Under the pieces are notes generated by a model. It searched no databases. It was given only the letters and a program-made list of their open reading frames with translations, and was not told the DNA's origin. Below are positions 47,460-57,188 of a stretch of DNA of 64,000 nucleotides, in pieces. This DNA comes from Candidatus Roizmanbacteria bacterium (GTDB lineage: Bacteria; Patescibacteriota; Microgenomatia; UBA1406). The translations under genes were made by a program, and so were the position numbers. Every line of letters begins with the position of its first letter. Positions within the stretch are counted from its first letter, which is position 1. The stretch spans positions 237,299 through 301,298 of the forward strand of contig JANLHL010000038.1 in the NCBI GenBank assembly GCA_024654535.1. The letters are read 5' to 3'.

Positions 47460-48650
47460 TTGAATATGGCCATCGGAGTATACAAAAGAACCAAACCCCA
47501 TCTTAATATAGGTACTATTGGACATGTTGATCATGGAAAAAGTACTCTCACGTCTGCTATCACTCACGTTCTTGCCAAGAAAAATATGGCAACAGCTCTT
47601 ACTTATGCACAAATAGATGCAGCCCCAGAAGAGAAAGCCCGTGGCGTTACTATTAACGTACATCACTGTGAATATGAAACTGGTACTCGACATTATGCGC
47701 ATATTGACTGTCCAGGACATGCAGATTACATAAAGAATATGATTACTGGTGCTGCACAAATGGATGGTGCGATTTTGGTGGTATCTGCTCCAGATGGCCC
47801 AATGCCTCAAACAAGAGAACATATTCTGTTGGCAAAACAGGTAAACGTACCTGCAATGGTTGTATTCTTGAATAAGGTCGATATGGTTCAAGATCCTGAA
47901 TTAATTGAGCTTGTTGAAATGGAAGTACGTGATCTACTTAAGAAGTATGGCTATCCAGGAGACGATGTTCCAGTTATTAAAGGTTCAGCTCTCAAAGCAG
48001 TTGAAGGTGATCCTGAAGCTGAAAAAGCCATCGAAGAACTTATGAATGCAGTTGATACCTATATTCCAGAACCAGTGCGTGACATAGATAAACCATTTGT
48101 CATGCCTATTGAGGATATATTCTCAATCAAAGGCCGTGGAACAGTCGTTACAGGCCGTGCTGAAAGAGGAAAGATCAAGGTGAACGATGAAGTGGAAATC
48201 GTTGGTATTCGACCAACTCGTAAGACAATTATCACCGGTGTAGAGATGTTCAGAAAGAGCATGGAAGATGCGCAAGCAGGTGATAATATAGGTCTTTTAT
48301 TACGAGGTATTGAAAAAGAAGATGTGGAGCGTGGACAGGTGGTAGCAAAACCTGGTACTGTAGCGCCACATACGAAGTTCTCAGCACAATTATACATCTT
48401 GAAAAAAGATGAGGGTGGACGTCATACTCCATTTTTTAACGGTTATCGTCCACAGTTCTTCATTAGAACTGCCGACGTGACTGGTCAGGTAACACTAGAA
48501 AAAGGTGTTGAAATGGTTTCTCCAGGTGACGACGTTAAAATAACAGCAGAACTTATAGCTCCTGTTGCCATGGAAGATGGTTTGCGTTTCGCAATCCGTG
48601 AAGGTGGCAAGACAGTTGGAGCGGGAGTTATTACTAAAGTTCTGGAATAA
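47460..48650 (+). CDS. tuf: elongation factor Tu
   Basis: [29 protein letters not shown] and NKVD GTPase motifs. Full-length three-domain protein. Confidence 0.95.
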   Translation: MNMAIGVYKRTKPHLNIGTIGHVDHGKSTLTSAITHVLAKKNMATALTYAQIDAAPEEKARGVTINVHHCEYETGTRHYAHIDCPGHADYIKNMITGAAQMDGAILVVSAPDGPMPQTREHILLAKQVNVPAMVVFLNKVDMVQDPELIELVEMEVRDLLKKYGYPGDDVPVIKGSALKAVEGDPEAEKAIEELMNAVDTYIPEPVRDIDKPFVMPIEDIFSIKGRGTVVTGRAERGKIKVNDEVEIVGIRPTRKTIITGVEMFRKSMEDAQAGDNIGLLLRGIEKEDVERGQVVAKPGTVAPHTKFSAQLYILKKDEGGRHTPFFNGYRPQFFIRTADVTGQVTLEKGVEMVSPGDDVKITAELIAPVAMEDGLRFAIREGGKTVGAGVITKVLE

Positions 48651-48670
48651 TATAATACTTTTGTTAGATA

Positions 48671-48979
48671 ATGCCAGCAGGTAAGATAAGAGTTCGTTTA
48701 AAAGCATACGATCACAGGCTATTGGAAGATGCCTGTGAGAAGATAGTTGGAGCAGCGGTTAAAACCGGCGGTCGTGTTATAGGACCGATACCTCTCCCTA
48801 CAAAGCGTTCACTAATAGTAGTGAATAGAGCTGCTTTTAAGCATAAAGATAGTAGGGAGTATTTTGAAATTAGGGAGCACAAGCGTCTTATAGATATTGT
48901 GAATCCTACGCTTCAAACTATTGACGCGTTAACTCATCTTGATATACCCTCAGGCATTGACGTAGCAATCAAAATGTAA
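48671..48979 (+). CDS. rpsJ: 30S ribosomal protein S10
   Basis: [22 protein letters not shown]…GPIPLPT. Confidence 0.9.
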   Translation: MPAGKIRVRLKAYDHRLLEDACEKIVGAAVKTGGRVIGPIPLPTKRSLIVVNRAAFKHKDSREYFEIREHKRLIDIVNPTLQTIDALTHLDIPSGIDVAIKM

Positions 48980-49048
48980 TATAATACGCATGCGTGATAT
49001 ATGTGCGCATGTGATCGCGGTGCATATACATAGATTGGTTTGGTGTAC

Positions 49049-49074
49049 AGACCCAGTCTGGGTCTTTTTTATTT
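49049..49074 (+). terminator. intrinsic-terminator-like hairpin (agaccca-gtc-tgggtct + U6) inside the rpsJ–rplC spacer; possible attenuator
   Basis: A perfect 7-bp GC-rich stem with a 3-nt loop, followed by TTTTTT. It is preceded by a GC-rich palindromic stretch (cgcatgcg, atgtgcgcatgt) at 48990–49040. Confidence 0.45.
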
Positions 49075-49081
49075 GGAAAAT

Positions 49082-49759
49082 ATGAAGTCTTTTATAGTAG
49101 CAAAAAAAAAGAAACAGGAACAAGCGTTTTTGGATAAACGCCGTGTTGTAACGACCTTTTTAAAGGTCATTCCTACGTATGTTGTTGGCTATCATACAGC
49201 AGAGAAAGACGGATATTCAAGCGTAGTATTTGCTTACGGTGAACCAAATAATGATGTTAATAAACCTCAACGTGGTCAGTTAAAAAAAGCGGGGATAGTA
49301 GCCCCGCTTCGTTTTTTGAAAGAGGTAAGGATTCCGAGCTCTCAGACAGTTGTAGAAATATCTGAAGAGGGTAAAAAAGGGGTAAAGGTTGGAGAAAACA
49401 CTTTTATTATTGGTACACAAACGATAGTATCAACCTCTTTTGTAGAAAAAGACACAGTGCGAGTCACTGCGACTTCAAAGGGAAAAGGATTCCAAGGGGT
49501 TGTAAAGCGACATGGTTTTGCTGGAGGTCCTCGAACACATGGTCAGTCCGATCGTGAAAGAGCACCAGGATCTATTGGATCAGGTACGACACCTGGTCGT
49601 ATAAATAAGGGAAAGAGAATGGCGGGGAGAATGGGCTCTGAAACGGTGACACTAAAGGGATTACGTGTTATGAGTTCTTCAGATACAGAGCTCTGTGTTA
49701 AGGGTTTAGTTCCTGGCTCGGTCAATAGTTATGTATTTATAGAGAATACGACGTCATGA
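49082..49759 (+). CDS. rplC: 50S ribosomal protein L3
   Basis: …GKGFQGVVKRHGFAGGPRTHGQS… The MKSFIV start is at 49082. The ORF-track 49040 start would extend through the terminator hairpin. Confidence 0.9.
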   Translation: MKSFIVAKKKKQEQAFLDKRRVVTTFLKVIPTYVVGYHTAEKDGYSSVVFAYGEPNNDVNKPQRGQLKKAGIVAPLRFLKEVRIPSSQTVVEISEEGKKGVKVGENTFIIGTQTIVSTSFVEKDTVRVTATSKGKGFQGVVKRHGFAGGPRTHGQSDRERAPGSIGSGTTPGRINKGKRMAGRMGSETVTLKGLRVMSSSDTELCVKGLVPGSVNSYVFIENTTS

Positions 49760-50388
49760 AAAAAATAATAACAGTACCAGTTCTTGGCGCCAAAGATCAA
49801 TCGGTTACGCTATCGTCAGACATGTTTGAGGTTGCGTGGCCTGCGAAACTTATTGCACAATATGTGCGAATGATTTGGGCAAATACTAAGCGTAATGCAG
49901 GTCTTACGAAAACCCGTTCTGGAGTTAAGGGTTCGACAAGAAAAATTTATAAGCAAAAAGGTACTGGAAGAGCCCGTCACGGAGATATAAAGGCTCCAAT
50001 ATTTGTTGGTGGTGGTGTTGCACATGGCGTAACTAATACGAAACCGAAACTTATAATGCCCAAAAAAATGCGTAGAAAAGCGCTTTTTGCTGCGTTGTCA
50101 AGAAAACGACATGACAAAAAGCTCTTTTTTATTTCACAAACGCTTTTTAATAAACAAACAAAAACTAAAGATGTATTAGTTTCCTTACAGAAACATGTTG
50201 ATCTTTCTAAAACGTTGTTTTTAGTACTTCCACATAACCACGAATCTTATAAGGCATTTGCAAATATAGAAAATATTAAGACAGTATACCCATCTGCAGT
50301 GAATGCATACCGAGTTATGAAATATGAAAAAGTTATATTTACTCCAGAGTCTCTCAATGAATTTACTCAGTTGTTCATAAAAAAATGA
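49756..50388 (+). CDS. rplD: 50S ribosomal protein L4
   Basis: KQKGTGRARHGDIKAPIFVGGGVAHG. Confidence 0.9.
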   Translation: MKKIITVPVLGAKDQSVTLSSDMFEVAWPAKLIAQYVRMIWANTKRNAGLTKTRSGVKGSTRKIYKQKGTGRARHGDIKAPIFVGGGVAHGVTNTKPKLIMPKKMRRKALFAALSRKRHDKKLFFISQTLFNKQTKTKDVLVSLQKHVDLSKTLFLVLPHNHESYKAFANIENIKTVYPSAVNAYRVMKYEKVIFTPESLNEFTQLFIKK

Positions 50389-50663
50389 TGCGCACTGTAT
50401 TGAAAAAACCACTCATTACTGAAAAAGCAGTTTCTAAGGATAAGGCGTACGTTTTTGAAGTGGACAAAAAAGCTAATAAGGCACAGATAAAGAGAGCTAT
50501 TGAAGCGGTCTATAAAGTGAAGGTTTCAAATATTACTACGTGTGTACAGAAGAATAAAACACACAGAGCCGGGAAACATCGTGTGGTAAAAACATTTCCC
50601 ATTGTCAAAAAAGCATACATTACCTTGAGAGAAGGTGAAATAAGTGACATAAAAGTACAATGA
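50385..50663 (+). CDS. rplW: 50S ribosomal protein L23
   Basis: LKKPLITEKAV…YVFEVDKKANKAQIKRAIEAVYKVKV. Confidence 0.9.
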   Translation: MMRTVLKKPLITEKAVSKDKAYVFEVDKKANKAQIKRAIEAVYKVKVSNITTCVQKNKTHRAGKHRVVKTFPIVKKAYITLREGEISDIKVQ

Positions 50664-51406
50664 AAACTAGTAAAAACGGGTTAAAAAAGATATTAATAAA
50701 ACATTCGGGCAGAGATAGTAAAGGCCATGTTTCTGTACGTAGTCGTGGTGGAAGACATAAACGATTCTATCGTACAATAGATTGGAAACGTGATAAGCGC
50801 GATAGCTCTGCTGTCGTTAAGGCAATAGAATACGACCCAAATAGATCGTGCAATGTTGCCCTGTTACAGTATGAAGACGGTGAAATGCGATATATTTTGC
50901 ATCCGCTCGAAGTTAAAGTCGGAGATACGTTGTATGCAGGGGATAAGGCATTGATAGAAGCTGGGCATGCTATGCCAGTAGGGAATATACCCATTGGTGT
51001 TCCTATTCATAACGTAGAGCTTCGTGCAGGCGTAGGTGCAGTCATGGTACGCACAGCAGGAGGTCAGGCAACTATTGTTGGAAAAGATGAGAAACATGCG
51101 ATAATAAAGTTTCCATCAGGGGAATTGCGTAAAGTACCACTCACGTGTTATGCTACAATCGGACAGATAGGTAATGAGGGTCGTAAACATGAGAAACTTG
51201 GAAAAGCAGGAAGATCACGTCATTTGGGTATACGCCCGCATGTCCGTGGAGTTGCCATGAATCCAAGTTCGCATCCACACGGTGGTGGAGAAGGTAGAAG
51301 TGGTGAGGGAATGCATCCAAAAACACCATGGGGTAAATCGGCTCGCGGTACAAAGACAAGAAACCGTAAAAAAACGAGTCCATTAATTGTTAAAGGGAGA
51401 AACTAA
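50660..51406 (+). CDS. rplB: 50S ribosomal protein L2 (short form)
   Basis: …[19 protein letters not shown]… and …HPHGGGEGR. Confidence 0.9.
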   Translation: MKTSKNGLKKILIKHSGRDSKGHVSVRSRGGRHKRFYRTIDWKRDKRDSSAVVKAIEYDPNRSCNVALLQYEDGEMRYILHPLEVKVGDTLYAGDKALIEAGHAMPVGNIPIGVPIHNVELRAGVGAVMVRTAGGQATIVGKDEKHAIIKFPSGELRKVPLTCYATIGQIGNEGRKHEKLGKAGRSRHLGIRPHVRGVAMNPSSHPHGGGEGRSGEGMHPKTPWGKSARGTKTRNRKKTSPLIVKGRN

Positions 51407-51690
51407 TGTCGCGTTCACTAAAAAAAGGACCATATATAGATGAAAAATTGATGAAGAAGGTGCTTAAACAGAAAGAGTCTGGTACAAAAGTTGCTATTAC
51501 AACATGGGCTCGTGCGTGCGAGATTCCTCCAGAATTTGTTGGGCACGCATTTAAAGTACACAATGGAAATAAGTTTATAGATGTTTACGTTACAGAGTCT
51601 ATGGTAGGTCATCGTCTGGGCGAGTTTTCACTAACTCGAACTTTTAGAACGCACGGTCGTGTTACAAAACGTATTACTGAAAAAACATAA
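51406..51690 (+). CDS. rpsS: 30S ribosomal protein S19
   Basis: [15 protein letters not shown]…[12 protein letters not shown]. Confidence 0.9.
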   Translation: MSRSLKKGPYIDEKLMKKVLKQKESGTKVAITTWARACEIPPEFVGHAFKVHNGNKFIDVYVTESMVGHRLGEFSLTRTFRTHGRVTKRITEKT

Positions 51691-51692
51691 CA

Positions 51693-52019
51693 ATGGAAAA
51701 AAAAGCAATTGGTAAATATATGAGATTATCAGATAAGAAATTGCGCATGTTTGTTGGTGCATACCGAGGTATGAACGTATCGCAAGCGTTAGAAATATTG
51801 CCAAATGTACACCAAAAAGCTGGTGAATTTTTGATGAGTGTTATTAAAAGTGCACTGAATCAATTTACAACAAAACAGAGTGATAGTTTATATATTAAAA
51901 GCATAGAAATAGATAAAGGACCACTTTTTAAACGTTGGAGACCAGCCTCACGAGGTATGGCAAAAAAATATACAAAAAAAACTGCACACATTTCAGTTGT
52001 TATTAGCGAAAAAAAATAA
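51693..52019 (+). CDS. rplV: 50S ribosomal protein L22
   Basis: Position in the operon and sequence pattern (KYMRLSDKKLRMF…ALEIL). Confidence 0.85.
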   Translation: MEKKAIGKYMRLSDKKLRMFVGAYRGMNVSQALEILPNVHQKAGEFLMSVIKSALNQFTTKQSDSLYIKSIEIDKGPLFKRWRPASRGMAKKYTKKTAHISVVISEKK

Positions 52020-52664
52020 ATGGGAAATAAAGTAAATCCACTAGGATATAGATTAGGCATTCAACATACGTGGAATAGCCGTTGGTTTGTATCTGATAAA
52101 GGTCAGTACAAGAAGTATTTATTGCAGGATCTTATTATAAGAAAGGCACTCATGAGTCAATTTACAAATGCCGGACTTGTTAGTGTTGAAATTGAGAGAA
52201 ACCTATCGGGTATGCGTATCACCATGCACGCTGTACGACCGGGGATTATTATAGGACGTGGCGGTAAAGGATTGGATCAGGTTAAGAAAATGGTACTATC
52301 GCATGTGGGTGCTACGACTAAAGAGGATAAAGATAAATTTAAATTGGATCTTAAAATTGAACAGTACAAAAAACCTTTTTTAAGCGCTCGGTATACTGCT
52401 GAACATGTAGCCGAACGGATAGTGAGAAATTTCTCTCATCGTTCACTAGCGCACAATGTGATCAACAGGGTCATGGAGAGTGGCGCGAAGGGCGTTAAGA
52501 TAGCCTATGCTGGTCGTATTAGAGGTGCAAATATAGCACGTCGTGAAAAGTTTCAACTCGGAAAAGTACCACTTTCTTCAATACGCGAGAACATAGATTT
52601 TGCACATGTACCAGCACTCACGAGAAATGGATACATAGGAATTAAAGTTTGGATTTGTCGATAA
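52020..52664 (+). CDS. rpsC: 30S ribosomal protein S3
   Basis: MGNKVNPLGYRLGI…, the KH domain. Confidence 0.9.
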   Translation: MGNKVNPLGYRLGIQHTWNSRWFVSDKGQYKKYLLQDLIIRKALMSQFTNAGLVSVEIERNLSGMRITMHAVRPGIIIGRGGKGLDQVKKMVLSHVGATTKEDKDKFKLDLKIEQYKKPFLSARYTAEHVAERIVRNFSHRSLAHNVINRVMESGAKGVKIAYAGRIRGANIARREKFQLGKVPLSSIRENIDFAHVPALTRNGYIGIKVWICR

Positions 52665-52665
52665 T

Positions 52666-53082
52666 ATGTTAGCACCAAAAAAAACAAAACACAGGAAACA
52701 ATTTCGGGGTACTCATAGAAGAATTGCAATAAAGGCGGAAAAGCTTAATTTTGGTGAGTATGGTTTGAAAACAGCAGTGTCTTATTGGATTACCGATAGA
52801 CAACTTGAGGCTATCCGAGTTATTTTGGCTAGAGAAACAAGAAAAATAGGGCGCTATTGGATACGTATTTTTCCTCATAAGCCGTATACTAAGAAACCAC
52901 TTGAAGTTGGCATGGGTTCAGGGAAAGGCGACGTTGCATACTATGTTGCTGCAGTTGCGGCAGGTACTGTGTTAGTTGAGATTTCTGGAGTGGCGTTAAC
53001 TGAAGTAAAAAGGATTTTTAAAAAAGTGACGAGCAAGTTACCAGTTCACACGCGTATAAGTTACCGTAACCACGATGAGTAA
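52666..53082 (+). CDS. rplP: 50S ribosomal protein L16
   Basis: MLAPKKTKHRKQFRG. Confidence 0.9.
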   Translation: MLAPKKTKHRKQFRGTHRRIAIKAEKLNFGEYGLKTAVSYWITDRQLEAIRVILARETRKIGRYWIRIFPHKPYTKKPLEVGMGSGKGDVAYYVAAVAAGTVLVEISGVALTEVKRIFKKVTSKLPVHTRISYRNHDE

Positions 53083-53308
53083 ACAAAAAATAATAACAGC
53101 GGTTGAACTGAGAAAAAAAGATGAAAAATCACTTCTTGCGTTATTGCAAGAAACGTCTCAAAATGATGCAAAAATGATTTTAGATTTGGTTATGGGTAAA
53201 ACAAAAAATACCTGCGGTAGACGGCCCCTGAGTAGGACAATTGCGAGGATTAAAACAGTCCTTGCTGAAAAACAAGACTTTAGATTATTAACAGAAAAAA
53301 AAGTTTAA
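53075..53308 (+). CDS. rpmC: 50S ribosomal protein L29
   Basis: Position in the operon, small α-helical protein, LRKKDEKSLLALLQE. Confidence 0.8.
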   Translation: MSKQKIITAVELRKKDEKSLLALLQETSQNDAKMILDLVMGKTKNTCGRRPLSRTIARIKTVLAEKQDFRLLTEKKV

Positions 53309-53316
53309 CGAAAATT

Positions 53317-53556
53317 ATGATAAAAAAACTAACTGGCATTATTGTTTCAACAAGTATGGAAAAAACAGTTGTTGTAAAAGTGGAACGTGTTTTTCGCCAT
53401 CCCTTTTATAAAAAAGTTATCAAACGTCATAGTAAGATAATGGCTCATGCTGAAACAGCATACCAAGTTGGCGATATAGTTGAGATAGAACAAACACGTC
53501 CAGTATCAAAAAATAAGCATTTTGTTGTTGTTAAGAAGTTAGAAATAAAAGAATAA
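53317..53556 (+). CDS. rpsQ: 30S ribosomal protein S17
   Basis: LTGIIVSTSMEKTVVVKVERVFRHPFYKK. Confidence 0.9.
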   Translation: MIKKLTGIIVSTSMEKTVVVKVERVFRHPFYKKVIKRHSKIMAHAETAYQVGDIVEIEQTRPVSKNKHFVVVKKLEIKE

Positions 53557-53557
53557 T

Positions 53558-53929
53558 ATGTTACAGTTACGATCGAGAATTGTTGTTGCTGACAATTCTG
53601 GGGCAAAAGAGGCAGAACTTATTGGAATACCAGGAAAGGGAAATAGGCTTATTGCTTATCTTGGAATGGTAATTACAGTTGTCGTAAAAAAGGCAGATAC
53701 GGTAGGACAAGTTCGATCTAGTGAGATATCAAAGGCAGTTATTGTCCGTGTTCGTAAAGAGTTTAGACGAACCGACGGCTCTTACATACGTTTTGACGAC
53801 AATGCATGCGTATTACTTGAGGGTGCTACGAAAGATCCACGTGGTACGCGCGTGTTTGGGCCAATATGTCGTGAAGTACGTTTAGCTGGGTTTCAAAAAA
53901 TTGCAAGTCTCGCTACTGAAATTTATTAA
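53558..53929 (+). CDS. rplN: 50S ribosomal protein L14
   Basis: MLQLRSRIVVADNSGAKE. Confidence 0.9.
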   Translation: MLQLRSRIVVADNSGAKEAELIGIPGKGNRLIAYLGMVITVVVKKADTVGQVRSSEISKAVIVRVRKEFRRTDGSYIRFDDNACVLLEGATKDPRGTRVFGPICREVRLAGFQKIASLATEIY

Positions 53930-53935
53930 TAAAAA

Positions 53936-54250
53936 ATGAAAATAAGAAAAGGTGATACAGTCACAGTTATTAAAGGGAAAAACAAAAGCAAACAGGGTGT
54001 TGTTGAACGGGTTTACAGCGTAAAAAAAACTGTGCTTATTAAAGGAATAAATATGTATAAAAAGCATATAAAAAAATCAGAACAGTTTCCGAACGGAAGT
54101 GTGGTTGAAGTAAACAGACCTGTTGCAATAGGGAATATTATGCTTATATGTCCCTCATGTAAAAAGGCAACAAGAGTTGGATACGAAGTGAATGCGACAA
54201 AAAAACAACGCATATGCCGTAAGTGCAAGAAAATAATCAATACAAAATAA
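53936..54250 (+). CDS. rplX: 50S ribosomal protein L24 with a C-terminal CxxC…CxxC zinc-ribbon-like extension
   Basis: MKIRKGDTVTVIKGKNKSKQGVV (KOW domain), then …CPSCKK…CRKCKK. Confidence 0.85.
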   Translation: MKIRKGDTVTVIKGKNKSKQGVVERVYSVKKTVLIKGINMYKKHIKKSEQFPNGSVVEVNRPVAIGNIMLICPSCKKATRVGYEVNATKKQRICRKCKKIINTK

Positions 54251-54268
54251 AATATTATCAAAATTACT

Positions 54269-54799
54269 ATGAACGATACAGAAAAGAAACAACACATTGA
54301 AACTCTAAAGAAAAAATTTGGGTATAAAAATACGCACGAGTTGCCTAATATTCTTAAAATTATTGTCAATATGGGCCTAAATGATGCTCTAAAAGACAAG
54401 GGAGTCATCGATAAAGGGAGTGAACAACTCACTATTATTACCGGTCAAAAGCCACTGACTACGATTGCTCGAAAATCGATTTCAGCGTTTAAGTTAAGAA
54501 AAGGCGTACCTATTGGTCTAAAAGTGACCCTCAGAGGAAAGCGTATGTTTGATTTTTGGGAAAAACTTGTTAGAATAGTACTTCCTCGTATGAGAGATTT
54601 CAGGGGAATTTCGGCAAAAAGCTTTGATGGCCAAGGGAATCTTAATTTGGGGTTCAAGGAACAAGGTATTTTCCCAGATCTTGATTATGACAAGATGGAT
54701 AGAACGAGAGGAATAGAAATAACGATTGTGACCTCTGCAAAAGTTGATAGCGAGGCAAAAGCGTTTTTAGCAGAAATGGGAATGCCTTTCGAAAAATAA
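54269..54799 (+). CDS. rplE: 50S ribosomal protein L5
   Basis: Operon position and a conserved N-terminal pattern. Confidence 0.9.
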   Translation: MNDTEKKQHIETLKKKFGYKNTHELPNILKIIVNMGLNDALKDKGVIDKGSEQLTIITGQKPLTTIARKSISAFKLRKGVPIGLKVTLRGKRMFDFWEKLVRIVLPRMRDFRGISAKSFDGQGNLNLGFKEQGIFPDLDYDKMDRTRGIEITIVTSAKVDSEAKAFLAEMGMPFEK

Positions 54800-54808
54800 A
54801 ATATATAT

Positions 54809-54994
54809 ATGGCAAAAACAAGCGACATTGTAAAATTTCTAAAAAAACAAAAGTTTCCGACACGTGAAATGAATAGGTGTCAAATTTGTGGTAGAAATCG
54901 TGGTTATATTAGGCATTTTGGTATGTGCAGAATTTGTTTTAGAAAAGAAGCATTAGCGGGGAATATTCCCGGCGTTATGAAAGCATCATGGTAA
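54809..54994 (+). CDS. rpsN: 30S ribosomal protein S14, type Z (zinc-binding, 61 aa)
   Basis: [26 protein letters not shown]. Confidence 0.9.
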   Translation: MAKTSDIVKFLKKQKFPTREMNRCQICGRNRGYIRHFGMCRICFRKEALAGNIPGVMKASW

Positions 54995-55377
54995 AAGGCG
55001 TTATAATAACAGATCCAATTGGAGACATGCTTATTCGCATAAAAAATGCGTATCTAGCAGGAAAAGAGAGCCTTGATTTACCATCGTCAAATGCAAAAGA
55101 ACGAGTAGCTAAAGTTTTAGAAAAACGAGTCATAGTGAAAGCATATAGCATAAAAGGCAGTATCATGACTATCATGCTTAACTTAGAGAGAGACAGAGTA
55201 TTACAAATAAAGCGTTTAAGCACATCGGGAAAGAGAATATATATGGGATACTCTCAATTGTATTCAGTTAAAGGTGGTAGAGGTTTTTTGCTTGTCAATA
55301 CATCGCAGGGAATGATGACTGAAGTAGAGGCAAAAAAGAAAAAGATTGGTGGAGAAGTTTTAGCAGAAATATTTTAA
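54988..55377 (+). CDS. rpsH: 30S ribosomal protein S8
   Basis: [13 protein letters not shown]. Confidence 0.9.
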   Translation: MVKGVIITDPIGDMLIRIKNAYLAGKESLDLPSSNAKERVAKVLEKRVIVKAYSIKGSIMTIMLNLERDRVLQIKRLSTSGKRIYMGYSQLYSVKGGRGFLLVNTSQGMMTEVEAKKKKIGGEVLAEIF

Positions 55378-55378
55378 T

Positions 55379-55924
55379 ATGTCAAAAATAGGACAAAAAA
55401 CAATACCAGTGCCAGAGGGAGTGACAGTAACTATCGACAGCTCTGGTCGTGAGATAACTATTGTTGGACCAAAAGGTACCATGTCTCACGTATTACCGCG
55501 TAAACTAGCTATTGAATTACAAGATCAGGTATTAACCGTGCAAACAAAAGCAGAATCATCAGATGTTGGTGCTTTGCACGGGTTATATCGCTCGATTGTT
55601 GCAAATGCGGTTTCAGGAGTTGTTACACCGTGGAAAAAAACGCTTGAGATACATGGGGTAGGTTTTCGTGCAGCTATGCAGGGAACTGATCTTACTTTAA
55701 AGCTTGGATTTTCTCATGTGGTGACATTTCCAACACCGAGTGAGATTACGATAGAATCAAAAGGAAATAAAATAACTATTGGCGGTTGCGATAAACAGAA
55801 AGTTGGAGAAGTCGCTGCAAAAATCCGATCTATTAAAACTCCAGACAAATATAAGGGAAAAGGTTTACGTTATCACGATGAAATTGTTCGCTTAAAGCCT
55901 GGAAAGAAGGCAAAAGCAGCATAA
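55379..55924 (+). CDS. rplF: 50S ribosomal protein L6
   Basis: MSKIGQKTIPVPEGVTV. Confidence 0.9.
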   Translation: MSKIGQKTIPVPEGVTVTIDSSGREITIVGPKGTMSHVLPRKLAIELQDQVLTVQTKAESSDVGALHGLYRSIVANAVSGVVTPWKKTLEIHGVGFRAAMQGTDLTLKLGFSHVVTFPTPSEITIESKGNKITIGGCDKQKVGEVAAKIRSIKTPDKYKGKGLRYHDEIVRLKPGKKAKAA

Positions 55925-55935
55925 AATATATTACT

Positions 55936-56292
55936 ATGAACATTAAAAGCATCCAAAAACAAATACAAAAAAGAAGGGACCGACGTGTTAAAAAAGTACG
56001 TAGAACGATACTCGAATCTCTATCTCAGCCTCGCTTTACTGTCTATAGGAGTGGAAACCATATGTATGCACAAATTATTGATGACATAAAGAGAATAACT
56101 ATTGCTTCTAGCAATGATTTGAAGATAAAGGGGAAAAATATGGAAAATGCGATCATAGTGGGTCGTGAAATTGCTCAGAAGGCAATTGCCAAAAAAGTAA
56201 AGAAAGTCATTTTTGATAGAGGTTGGTACAAGTTTCATGGACGTGTAAAAGCGGTGGCAGATTCAGCCCGTGAAGCAGGATTAGAATTCTAA
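55936..56292 (+). CDS. rplR: 50S ribosomal protein L18
   Basis: RFTVYRSGNHMYAQIIDD. Confidence 0.9.
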   Translation: MNIKSIQKQIQKRRDRRVKKVRRTILESLSQPRFTVYRSGNHMYAQIIDDIKRITIASSNDLKIKGKNMENAIIVGREIAQKAIAKKVKKVIFDRGWYKFHGRVKAVADSAREAGLEF

Positions 56293-56299
56293 ATAAAAT

Positions 56300-56746
56300 A
56301 TGGAAGATCAAAAAAAAGAACTAGGTGAACAAGTATTGACAATTAGAAGAGTCTCTCGAAAGACACCGGGTGGAAACGCGGTTAGCTTTTCGGCACTCGT
56401 TGCTGTTGGTAACCGTAAAGGATCTTTTGGATTGGGATTAGCATCTGCCGCAGAGGTCCCTATTGCTATAAATAAAGCGATACGTTTGGCTAAGAAGAAA
56501 ATGATTAAGCTTGAGCTTGCAGGAACAACTATTCCTTATGATATTGAGGTAAAATTCAAAGCTGCGAAGATATTATTAAAGCCAGCGCCAGTCGGGACAG
56601 GATTGAAAGCAGGTAGTGTCTTGAGACAGATTATGAACCTTGCTGGAATTACAGACGTTTCTGCAAAAATATATGGATCGAATAATAAGATTAATTTGAG
56701 TTTCGCAATGTATCGAGCATTTGAGCGAATGCAGAGAGGAATATAA
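56300..56746 (+). CDS. rpsE: 30S ribosomal protein S5 (short form)
   Basis: VLTIRRVSRKTPGGNAVSFSALVAVGN. Confidence 0.9.
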   Translation: MEDQKKELGEQVLTIRRVSRKTPGGNAVSFSALVAVGNRKGSFGLGLASAAEVPIAINKAIRLAKKKMIKLELAGTTIPYDIEVKFKAAKILLKPAPVGTGLKAGSVLRQIMNLAGITDVSAKIYGSNNKINLSFAMYRAFERMQRGI

Positions 56747-56747
56747 T

Positions 56748-57188
56748 ATGTTTCATTTATTAGTAAAGACAATCAAAAAAGGTAAAAAACGCGTAGGACG
56801 TGGTTGGGGTTCAGGTAAAGGTAAATTTTCAGGTCGTGGTATAAAAGGGCAAACAAAACGGGGGAGTGTACGCGCAAACTTTATTGGAGGCGCTGAAGTG
56901 CTTTCCAAACGTTTGCCTATGTTGAGAGGTAAGGGAAAAAATAAGAGCATACAAAAAAGTATAGGCATTAATATTGAGCGAATAGAACAGTCGAAGGCAA
57001 TAAAAAATAAGAGCGAGATTACGGTGAAGTCACTTATAAAGGCAAAATTGGTATCTGCTAAAATTGCGCGTAGCCACCAAGTGAGGATTTTGGGTAGGGG
57101 TAAATTAACTAAGTCTATTTCCACATCATTGCCAACAACACGAAAAGCAGTTGAAAAAATAAAGAATGCCGGCGGGAAGCTCACTTAA
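56748..57188 (+). CDS. rplO: 50S ribosomal protein L15
   Basis: KKRVGRGWGSGKGKFSGRG. The ATG at 56748 immediately follows the S5 stop, and there is no L30 gene in between. Confidence 0.9.
   Translation: MFHLLVKTIKKGKKRVGRGWGSGKGKFSGRGIKGQTKRGSVRANFIGGAEVLSKRLPMLRGKGKNKSIQKSIGINIERIEQSKAIKNKSEITVKSLIKAKLVSAKIARSHQVRILGRGKLTKSISTSLPTTRKAVEKIKNAGGKLT

Noticed and set aside
49040-49081. ORF-track start of rplC at 49040 (MVYRPSLGLFYLEN…)
   Set aside because: The extension is a translation of the terminator hairpin and its U-run. L3 homology begins at MKSFIV (49082).
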